A DNA stretch of 63,726 nt, filler included, from an uncultured Acidimicrobiia bacterium (lineage in GTDB: Bacteria; Actinomycetota; Acidimicrobiia; Spongiisociales; JAOTWH01), in NCBI GenBank assembly GCA_964347285.1. It is 7 parts of 4 records of this genome, joined end to end, with 100 filler letters (N's around TTAATTAATTAA, not from the genome) between each part and the next. Parts side by side here need not be neighbours in the genome. Positions count along the whole stretch, not along the records: positions 45,185 to 63,726 come from CAYFYE010000048.1; 6 more parts are not named here. One strand, 5' to 3'. Position 1 is the stretch's first letter; every line of letters begins with the position of its first letter. The notes below the pieces were generated by a model that made no database searches, was not told the DNA's origin, and worked only from the letters and a program-made list of their open reading frames with translations. The position numbers were made by a program, and so were the translations under genes. Shown here piece by piece: positions 56,272 to 63,726 of this stretch.

Positions 56272-57846
56272 TCACGATGGGGGTGGGCCGCCGGCTGCTC
56301 CAATCGTCTTCAACCGCTCGATCCCCGCAACAGACAGAAACACGGTGGCGGCGAAGACCACTGCGCCAACGATCACGGCCGCCACGCTCCCCGGTGCCGT
56401 CTCGGCGGCGGTGACCTGGAGCACGGCCTCGGAGGCGACCCAGGCCACCAGGCCGGCCAGGGTGGCCACCGGCAGGGCTCGCCGGGCGGTGATCAGCACG
56501 GGACTCAGGTATCCCCAGCCGATCTCGCGATGCCACAGAAAGGCGAGGACGGCGGTGTAGCCGGCCAGTGCCAGCGTGGACGCCAAAGCCAGGCCGGTGA
56601 CGTCGAAGGCGGTGAGCAACCCCCAGTAGAGGGGAACGGCGAGGGCGGTGGCCGCCGTCCCCACGATGACCGGTACCCACATCCGGCGTCGGGCATAGAA
56701 CGCCCGGGCGTACAGCTGCTGGGCACCCCAGAGCGGGATCCCCAGCGCGAAGAAGAGGAGCGTTGCGGCGGTGGCGCCGGTATCGCCTGCGTCCCAGTCA
56801 CCGCGCTCGTAGAGGAGCCGCACCACCGGGAGGGCCAGGGCGGCCAGGGCGGCGGCCGCTCCCAGGCTGAGGGCGATCACCGGGCGCAGTGCCTTGGTCA
56901 GGGTTGTCGCCAAGGCGTGGATTCTTCCTTCGGCCGCCAGCCGGGCCAGGTACGGATAGGCCGCCACGCCGGCGGCCTGGGCGATGATCCCCACCGGCAC
57001 CAACATCGTGCGCCGGCCGAACTGGAGCCAGGAAATCGATCCGTCGGCATCCGCCAGCGACCCGAAGCTGCGCCCCAACAGCTCGTCGAGGATGACGAGT
57101 GATTGCCCGATCATGAGCGGGATCGCCAGCGCCAGATACTCCAGGAGCGCCGGATCGACGAGGCGGTCGGTCCGGCGGAATCGGAGTCCGGCATTCCGGG
57201 CCCCCAGCCATTGAACGAGGAAGTTGCCGACTACGGCGCCGCCGAGTACGCCCCAGGCGAATCCCTCCGGGCTCTGCTCACCGTCGATGCGGAGGAAGAC
57301 GCCGCCCAGGATGATCCCGAGGTTGTAGATGATCGGTGCCAGCGTCGGCACCAGGAAGCGCTCTTTGGCGTATTGAACCGCCATGAACAGCGAGCCGACC
57401 ACGAAGAAGACCTGGGCGGGCAGCACGATACGGGTGAGCCGGGTGGCCCGCTCCACCTGCTCGGGCGTGAAGCCGGGCACCACCCGCTCGATCACCGGGC
57501 CGGCCGCCGCCATGGCGATCACCACCAGGACCGTCATCGCCGCCCCAACCGGTACGGCGATGGCAGTGAACGCCTTCCAGCCGCCTTCCTCATCGCCGGC
57601 GGCGAGGTGGCGCGACAGGATCGGGATGAAGGTGATCGCCATGTACCCGCCGGCCAGCAGGTAATTGAGGAAATCCGGGATGAGGAAGGCGACCTGGTAC
57701 TCGTCGGTGAAGGCGTCGGCACCGAGCACCGAGGCGAACACCATGTCGCGGACCAGGCCCAGGACCCGTGACAGCGCAACTCCGGCGCCGACGATCAGGG
57801 CGGCGCGGCCGATGCGGCTGCCGATGGTCCGCGTCGACGTGCTCAC
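56272..57846 (-). CDS. murJ: Lipid II flippase
   Basis: 'LSRVLGLVRD', 'AFLIPD', 'FIPI', 'LYERG', 'RAFYAR'; many TM helices. Confidence 0.92.
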   Translation of the reverse strand: MSTSTRTIGSRIGRAALIVGAGVALSRVLGLVRDMVFASVLGADAFTDEYQVAFLIPDFLNYLLAGGYMAITFIPILSRHLAAGDEEGGWKAFTAIAVPVGAAMTVLVVIAMAAAGPVIERVVPGFTPEQVERATRLTRIVLPAQVFFVVGSLFMAVQYAKERFLVPTLAPIIYNLGIILGGVFLRIDGEQSPEGFAWGVLGGAVVGNFLVQWLGARNAGLRFRRTDRLVDPALLEYLALAIPLMIGQSLVILDELLGRSFGSLADADGSISWLQFGRRTMLVPVGIIAQAAGVAAYPYLARLAAEGRIHALATTLTKALRPVIALSLGAAAALAALALPVVRLLYERGDWDAGDTGATAATLLFFALGIPLWGAQQLYARAFYARRRMWVPVIVGTAATALAVPLYWGLLTAFDVTGLALASTLALAGYTAVLAFLWHREIGWGYLSPVLITARRALPVATLAGLVAWVASEAVLQVTAAETAPGSVAAVIVGAVVFAATVFLSVAGIERLKTIGAAGGPPPS

Positions 57847-57886
57847 GGGGGCAAGTTACCCGGCCGGTTCCGGCCCTCCCGGTAGA

Positions 57887-58633
57887 TCAGGTGAGGTCGC
57901 GGCGCTTCAACAAGTACGAAGTGACGATCACTCCGAGTGCGGCCAGCACCAAAGCTTTGGCGAGGGCTCCCCCGGCCCCGGGCGCCACCGAGCCGAGAGG
58001 TTCTTCGAGCAGGGCTTCGGCCCCCTCGACCAGGGCGGTGTACGCCGATAGGCCGATGCGAGAAACCGAGAAGGGAGTGAGGGCGGCCACCGCCGAGGCC
58101 AGACCGCTCTCCCAGATGAAGAGGAAGCCGAGCCCCACCAGCACCGCTCGGTCGGTGACGTAGCCGAGAGGCACGAAGATGGCGCTGTAACCGGCGGTGT
58201 TGAGAGCTACTGCCAGGAGCAGGGGCCCGATGACACCCGACGCGTCGCCGGTCGCCATCAGGGCCAGCGCGGCCAAGACCGCGCTGATGCCGCTGAGTGC
58301 CACGCAGACCATCCATGCCGCCGCCCCTTTTGCCACGACGATCTTCCAGCGTGCCAGGGGCCGCAGGGTGATGAAAGAGAGGGTGGCCTGGCGACGCTCC
58401 TCACCGAGGGTGGAGGCGGCCATGATGAGGCTGATCACCGGTACGACGAGCAGCATCAGAATGGCCAGGGGTGCCTCGTTGAAGAACTCGAAGGCGCGCC
58501 GCTCCGTCATGGATCGGCCGGCCAGGTACATGACGAAGGCGGGCAGCAGGGCGACGGCCACCAGAGCCCAGTTTCGCTTGGCCGAAACCAGCTGACGGAT
58601 CGTCACCACCCAGATGGCGATCTGAGCCTTCAT
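57887..58633 (-). CDS. ABC-2 type transporter permease
   Basis: 'LGEERRQATL.FI.LRPL.RW.IV.AK'; six TM helices. Confidence 0.85.
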   Translation of the reverse strand: MKAQIAIWVVTIRQLVSAKRNWALVAVALLPAFVMYLAGRSMTERRAFEFFNEAPLAILMLLVVPVISLIMAASTLGEERRQATLSFITLRPLARWKIVVAKGAAAWMVCVALSGISAVLAALALMATGDASGVIGPLLLAVALNTAGYSAIFVPLGYVTDRAVLVGLGFLFIWESGLASAVAALTPFSVSRIGLSAYTALVEGAEALLEEPLGSVAPGAGGALAKALVLAALGVIVTSYLLKRRDLT

Positions 58634-59574
58634 CGCCGCTGCCTGACCAGGTAGCGGAACACGCTCTCCAGCGACTCGTCCTCGGGTTCGACCCGGGTGA
58701 GCCGCACATCGAGCTCCTGGGCGAGCGCCGGAAGGGTGTGTCCGAGCGCGGAGAGATCCGTGGTCTCCAGGCGGATCGTGTCTCCGTCGACCGCGACGCT
58801 GTGCACGTAGTCGGCGTCCAGGAGAGCCGAGCCCAACCGGCGCGGCCGGTCGGCTTCGACACGCACCCGGAACGGGATGTCGGACATGGCGGCCCGGATG
58901 GCGGAGATGCTCCCGGCGGCGGCGAGCTTCCCGTCGACGATGGCAAGCACCCGCTCGGCCATGCGCTCCACCTCGGCCAACACGTGCGATGAGACGATGA
59001 GGGTGTGCCCGGCGTCGCCCAGCTCACGGAAGATGTCGATGAGATGGGCGCGCTGCACCGGGTCGGTTCCGTTGAGCGGCTCGTCGAGTATCAGCACGCT
59101 GGGCCGGTGAACGAGGGCGGCGGCCACTTTGGCTCGCTGTCGCATGCCCTTGCTGTACGTCGCCAGCTTCCGGTCGGCGTCGTCGGTGAGGCGGACCTCC
59201 TCGAGAGCCTGGGCGGCGGCCCGAGACGGCGAATCGGTCCCCGCCAGCTTGGCGCCGTACTCGACGAATTGACGGGCGGTGAGGAACCCGTACACCGCAT
59301 CCTCCTCCGGGACGAGCCCCAGCCGGTGGTAGATGGTCGGGTCGCGGCGGGGATCCTCGCCCAGGATCCGTACCCCTCCCTCCGAGGGGACGAGGAGACC
59401 GGCCAGCATGCGCAGAAGCGTCGTCTTGCCGGCTCCGTTGGGGCCGAGGAGTCCGGTCAGCCCGGGCCCGAACGAGCAGCTCACCCCGGAGACGGCCACT
59501 TTCTGGCCGAACCATTTCGAGACCTCGCTCACCTCGACGGTGGGGTCGCCGACCCAAGCCGGAGACGATGTCAC
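58630..59574 (-). CDS. ABC transporter ATP-binding protein
   Basis: GPNGAGKTT, YSKGMRQR, ILDEPLNG. Confidence 0.92.
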   Translation of the reverse strand: MTSSPAWVGDPTVEVSEVSKWFGQKVAVSGVSCSFGPGLTGLLGPNGAGKTTLLRMLAGLLVPSEGGVRILGEDPRRDPTIYHRLGLVPEEDAVYGFLTARQFVEYGAKLAGTDSPSRAAAQALEEVRLTDDADRKLATYSKGMRQRAKVAAALVHRPSVLILDEPLNGTDPVQRAHLIDIFRELGDAGHTLIVSSHVLAEVERMAERVLAIVDGKLAAAGSISAIRAAMSDIPFRVRVEADRPRRLGSALLDADYVHSVAVDGDTIRLETTDLSALGHTLPALAQELDVRLTRVEPEDESLESVFRYLVRQRR

Positions 59575-60446
59575 ATCAGCCTCCGATAGCGACGGACGAC
59601 CAGGTAGGCGGCGGCAACGGCGACCACCACGATGACCACGATCGAAACCCACGGGTCGAAGCCGGCCCGTTGCGGGATCCAGCGGTGACTGGTTTGGTCG
59701 AAGATCCAGTCGGTGACGTAGCGGGGGTGGTGGTTGATCGCCAGCAAACCGAAGACGGGGAAGTCGGAGTCGACGAGAGCGGTGGAAACGGCGTTGCCGA
59801 TGAAGATCCCCCCCACGAAGATCCCCGCCGAGAAAGAGGTACGGGCCGCCAGAGCCGCCACGAACAGGGCCAGCGGTGCATAGGCGGCGATGTAGACCAC
59901 CGAGGCTGCCGCAGCTTTCCAGAGCGTATCGGAGCGGTCGAGGAGGTCGGTGAAAAACCCCTCGGAAGAGACCGCCGCCTGGCCGAGCACCAGCAACACC
60001 TGGGGGATGAACAGAAAGCCGAACAGGAGCGCCGCCAGTGACCCGGCCCGGGAACCCAGGTAGTCGTTGCGCCCCAAAGGCCGGGAGGCGTACACCTGCA
60101 GGGTTCCGAAGATGCGGTCGGGGACCATGAGCTCCGAAGCGGCCAGGGCCAGGAAGAGCAGCGTCACCGTTCCGTTGAAGCTGAAGTACTGGACCGGTCC
60201 GAAGAAATCCTCGGTGTCGCTGATCAGCTCCCCGGCGATCACGCTGAAGGCCAGGAAGACGACTGCGGGGATGATGGCGAGCCCGGCCAGGAACCAGGGC
60301 AGGATCTTGCGGCGCGCCTTGCGTCGCAGCCCGGCTACTCGGCGCAGGCCGTCGCGCACGATTGCCGCCCGCACTCCGGATCGGCCGAGCCGTTCACCTT
60401 CGTAGGGCTTGTATCCGAGGTCGAAGACCTGTCCCTGGTCAGTCAC
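59571..60446 (-). CDS. ABC-2 type transporter permease
   Basis: 'VFDLGYKPYEG', 'PDR..GTLQVYASRPL.R.DY'. Confidence 0.82.
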   Translation of the reverse strand: MTDQGQVFDLGYKPYEGERLGRSGVRAAIVRDGLRRVAGLRRKARRKILPWFLAGLAIIPAVVFLAFSVIAGELISDTEDFFGPVQYFSFNGTVTLLFLALAASELMVPDRIFGTLQVYASRPLGRNDYLGSRAGSLAALLFGFLFIPQVLLVLGQAAVSSEGFFTDLLDRSDTLWKAAAASVVYIAAYAPLALFVAALAARTSFSAGIFVGGIFIGNAVSTALVDSDFPVFGLLAINHHPRYVTDWIFDQTSHRWIPQRAGFDPWVSIVVIVVVAVAAAYLVVRRYRRLM

Positions 60447-61344
60447 CGCCGCCCTCCAAGAAGATGTCCTCGAGCGATGTCGACCGGGTTCCGAGGCTGC
60501 GCAAACCGGCACCGGTGGCGGCCAGCGCATCCCTGATCGCCGTGAACGGGTCCTCCACGGGGAGGCGCACCGCCAGCCGGGAGCCTTCGACCGAGACCTC
60601 CGCTCCCGCCTTCTCGAGAGCGGCAACGGTCGGGCCGGTCTCGCCGAGGAGTTCCACGTCGACCGTGCCGGTCACCTCGAGGGAAGCAATGGGCCCGGTG
60701 CGGAGCAGCCGGCCGCCGTCCAGCATCATCACCCAGTCGCAGGTCTGCTCTATGTCGGTGAGGACGTGCGACGACGCAATGACGTTGATGCCGAAGCCGG
60801 CCAGCCGACCAATGAGGTCGAGCATCTCTTCCCGTCCCTCCGGGTCGAGTCCGGCCGTGGGCTCGTCCAGCAACACGAGCTCGGGATGGTGGACGATCGC
60901 CTGGGCCAGCTTGGCCCTCTGGGCCATGCCGGTGCTGAACTCGCCAATGGGGCGGAACCGTTCCTCGTGAAGGCCGACCAGCCCCAGCACGTCCGAGGCG
61001 CGCTGGCGGGCAGCCCGGACCGGCAGCCCGGCCAGCTCGGCCGCGTAGCCGATGAAGTCGGCCGCGGTTTGGTCTTTGGGAAGGCAGTCGTCTTCCGGCA
61101 TGAAACCCACGCTGGCGCGGACGTCTATCGGGCTGTCTTGCACCGAGTAGCCGAGCACGTGCACCTCACCGGCGGCCGGTTCGAGGATGCCGAGAAGGAT
61201 CTTCAGGAGCGTGGTCTTGCCGGCGCCGTTGGCGCCGACGAGGCCGACGGTTCCGGCCGGCACGTCGACCGATACGCCGCTGAGCGCCACCAGATCGCCG
61301 TAGGCGTGGGTCAGGCCCTCCGTGCGGACTACTGCGTCCCCCAC
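60439..61344 (-). CDS. ABC transporter ATP-binding protein
   Basis: GANGAGKTT, FSTGMAQR, LLDEPTAG. Confidence 0.92.
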   Translation of the reverse strand: MGDAVVRTEGLTHAYGDLVALSGVSVDVPAGTVGLVGANGAGKTTLLKILLGILEPAAGEVHVLGYSVQDSPIDVRASVGFMPEDDCLPKDQTAADFIGYAAELAGLPVRAARQRASDVLGLVGLHEERFRPIGEFSTGMAQRAKLAQAIVHHPELVLLDEPTAGLDPEGREEMLDLIGRLAGFGINVIASSHVLTDIEQTCDWVMMLDGGRLLRTGPIASLEVTGTVDVELLGETGPTVAALEKAGAEVSVEGSRLAVRLPVEDPFTAIRDALAATGAGLRSLGTRSTSLEDIFLEGGGD

Positions 61345-61404
61345 GAGGTCACGCTAGCGGTCCGGTCACTTGGTGGGGCCGGCGGCTCCCCTTAGGTTGT
61401 CCCC

Positions 61405-62100
61405 GTGGAGTCCCTCTTCGCTCTGGCCGCCGCTTCGGCGAGTACCGGCTTCGTGGTGGCGCTGGTGAGAAGCCATGTGCTCCGCCCCCGGCCCCACGCC
61501 GCCGCCTGGTCGGTGGCAATGGCGATGTACTCCCTGGCCACCTGGGCCCTCTTCGTGGGCCTGGCTTGGGAGTGGAGCGACGGGGTGTTCCGGGTGTTCT
61601 ACCTCTTTGGGGCGATCCTCAACGTCGTGTTCCTGGCACTCGGATCGGTATACCTGGTACTCGGTCCCCGCGTGGGCGGCGCCCTGTTGGTCGTGTTGGC
61701 CGCATTCGGTGCCGGGGCCGGGGCGGTAACGCTGACCGCCGATTTCGTCGCCCCCCTGGCAACGTCGGGAATACCGGTCGGATCGGAGGTTTTCGCCGAG
61801 CCGGCGGAAGGGATCGCCACGCCCCGGTTGTGGGCGGTGGTCGGCAACACGGTGGGCACCGCCCTTCTCGCCGGCCTGGCGATATACGGCGTCGTCCGCT
61901 TCTGGAGGAGCAATCGGGCTCTGGCCCTCGGCAATCTGCTGATCGTCGCCGGCACGGTGGCTCCGGCCGTCGGCGGGTCGCTCACCGGGCTCGGTGAGGG
62001 AGGCCTGCTGGCACTGTCGCTGCTGGCGGGGGCAGCCCTGCTGTGGTGGGGCTACGCCGTGGCCGCCCGGGCCCGAAGGCAGGCGGCCGAGGCCGGATGA
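61405..62100 (+). CDS. Hypothetical multi-pass membrane protein
   Basis: About 7 TM helices, 'FRVFYLFGAILNV..LALGS.YL'; TAGGTT -10 six nt before GTG. Confidence 0.75.
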   Translation: MESLFALAAASASTGFVVALVRSHVLRPRPHAAAWSVAMAMYSLATWALFVGLAWEWSDGVFRVFYLFGAILNVVFLALGSVYLVLGPRVGGALLVVLAAFGAGAGAVTLTADFVAPLATSGIPVGSEVFAEPAEGIATPRLWAVVGNTVGTALLAGLAIYGVVRFWRSNRALALGNLLIVAGTVAPAVGGSLTGLGEGGLLALSLLAGAALLWWGYAVAARARRQAAEAG

Positions 62101-62344
62101 CCGGTCCTTCGCCGGTGCGACGCGAACTCTGACCCCACGCGGCTTCCCAGCGGGAGGGTTCACCGTTGCTGCTTCTTCGGGCACGAGCGCATGATGTGCC
62201 GATCCAGCGCATCATTCATGCGCGGGCGATATGGCGCAGAGCGGGTGCTCTGCGCCGGGCATGGCTTTGGCAATGCGCGGCGGGCCGGCACTGTTCATCC
62301 GGAAAGCGTATGTTGGGCCATAGGCATCCGACACAGGAGGCGCC

Positions 62345-62677
62345 ATGGCCAAGTACGCCCTGTTCTTTTCGTACACGCCCGAGTCGTGGGCGAGCATGAT
62401 CAAGAACCCCACAGACCGTAGCGCGGCCGCCCGCCAGGTCGTTGAAGCCGTTGGTGGCACGATCGAGAGCTTCTACTGGATGTTCGGCGAGTACGACGGC
62501 ATCGCCATCGTCGATGCTCCGGATTCCATCTCCGCTGGTGCGGTGAGCGTTGCCGTGGCGAGTACCGGCGCTTTGAGCAAGGCCGTCTCGACTCAGTTGT
62601 TCGACGCCGACGACCAGGCAGCCCTGGTGGAACTAGCCAAGACGGCGTTGGCCTCCTACACGCCGCCGACCGGATAG
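62345..62677 (+). CDS. GYD-domain protein
   Basis: 'MAKY...YT...DR..AAR...GG..ESFYWMFGEYD'; AGGAGG RBS. Confidence 0.85.
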   Translation: MAKYALFFSYTPESWASMIKNPTDRSAAARQVVEAVGGTIESFYWMFGEYDGIAIVDAPDSISAGAVSVAVASTGALSKAVSTQLFDADDQAALVELAKTALASYTPPTG

Positions 62678-62712
62678 TCGGCCTCGGTTGACGTTCGATA
62701 CGCGACAGGAAG

Positions 62713-62946
62713 GTGAAGATCGACCAGTCCTTTGTGCGGGCGATGGAAGCCGACACCAAGGACGCAACGATCGTCAGCAGCGTCATTGAGTTGGCAGCAA
62801 GACTCGGCCTCGGAGTTGTCGCCGAGGGCGTCGAGGCCGGCGCACGCCCACCGCCTGAAGGACGAGGGTTGCAGCCAGGCCCAGGGTTTCTACTTCAGCA
62901 GGCCGAACTCGGCCGAAGCCGTCGAGACGCTGATCACCAGGGGTAG
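62713..62946 (+). pseudogene. EAL-domain phosphodiesterase remnant
   Basis: 'VKIDQSFV...[11 protein letters not shown]', frameshift, then '[13 protein letters not shown]'; no N-terminal part. Confidence 0.75.
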
Positions 62947-63508
62947 CAGCCGAGTACGGGCTCTCTCGAGATCGCCTGCGCCCGCAGCAAGCCCAGCCAC
63001 TCGCCAGAATATGGTAGACGTTCACTGATTGGTAGGGGCGCAGGCATACTCAACGCGACGATCGCTACCGACCGCCTTCTTCTCGTGCAAGTCACCCACC
63101 CCCGCCGAGCGATATCGCGCACCTCCTTCCGACCCGAACCGGCAAGGGGAGCGGCCTTGCGCTCGCGCCACGCGTCGTGGCCCGGCGCTCAGATCGCGCC
63201 GTCACTTGGCACGTTCGACCCGTCGTCTCACCGCGAGCGCACGAGGTGCCGATACCGCGCACTCTCCGGGACGGGTGTTCGTGCCCCGATTTGGTGATCT
63301 GGGCGGGGCTGGGTGGACCGAAAGCCTCTGGCAGCCCATAGCTGGAGGGCAGCGATCAATGGGGCTGCAGCACACCGTTCCAAGCCTGGTCCGAGGTGGT
63401 GATGATGGTGATGACGCGGCTTTCGAATTCTGTTGCTGTCTTGATGCTCGTCTGTGCTCTTGGACGGAGTAGCGCTGTTGGACAGGCCGCTGCATCTGAG
63501 TCGGCGAC

Positions 63509-63726
63509 TCAGGTGCCGTCGAGTGAGTCCAGCCAGCCGGCAAACTCCTCCGTGACGGTAGGTCCGCTCGATTTGAACTCGGCGGTGACATGGGCCCCCC
63601 TCGCCGCCAAGGCGGCCGCCATCCTCCCCAGCATCTTGCCCGGCGAGGTCTTATAGGTGCAAAAGACCGCGGCGGGCTGCCCGTTGAGAGATAGCCGCCC
63701 GATGAACTCCATCGTCGCCTTGGTCG
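63509..63726 (-). CDS. C-terminal part of a probable flavodoxin-like protein
   Basis: 'FI..L.LNGQPAAVFCTYKTSPGKML..M...L.ARGA.V'; starts beyond the window. Confidence 0.5.
   Translation of the reverse strand, partial: TKATMEFIGRLSLNGQPAAVFCTYKTSPGKMLGRMAAALAARGAHVTAEFKSSGPTVTEEFAGWLDSLDGT

Noticed and set aside
1..63726. tRNA (including tRNA-Sec), rRNA, CRISPR, integrase or transposase
   Set aside because: None recognised by eye; tRNAscan-SE and Infernal runs are needed to exclude them firmly

Overview
High-GC bacterial DNA, most consistent with an Actinomycetota genome (probably Acidimicrobiia-like; inferred from gene content, F420 enzymes and leaderless-type promoters). The window is not contiguous. 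Seven contig pieces (1-20930, 21031-22060, 22161-33234, 33335-40288, 40389-43905, 44006-45084, 45185-63726) are joined by artificial 100-bp N44-TTAATTAATTAA-N44 linkers, and there is one further 44-N gap inside gnd. Content is mostly housekeeping and metabolic: a reductive pyrimidine catabolism cluster, uvrC-ogt-rapZ-yvcK, pntAB, gnd, queG, thyX-like, korAB, sodN/sodX, murJ and ABC systems. I saw no tRNA, rRNA, CRISPR array or intact mobile element. The main signals missed by the ORF track are: (1) a MerB-like gene read through an in-frame TGA at a catalytic Cys position with a SECIS-like hairpin, i.e. a predicted selenoprotein; (2) an ECF sigma/anti-sigma locus with back-to-back matching ECF-type promoters, one driving a ~155-nt four-hairpin candidate sRNA with C-rich loops; (3) an F420-type LLM oxidoreductase where dihydropyrimidine dehydrogenase would be expected, plus a 12-bp motif shared upstream of three pyrimidine genes. 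Also notable are archaeal-type GAPDH-like and SAM synthetase genes, a Rieske-TPP enzyme fusion and a NiSOD with a His3 nickel hook. Family assignments come from recognised motifs, not database searches.
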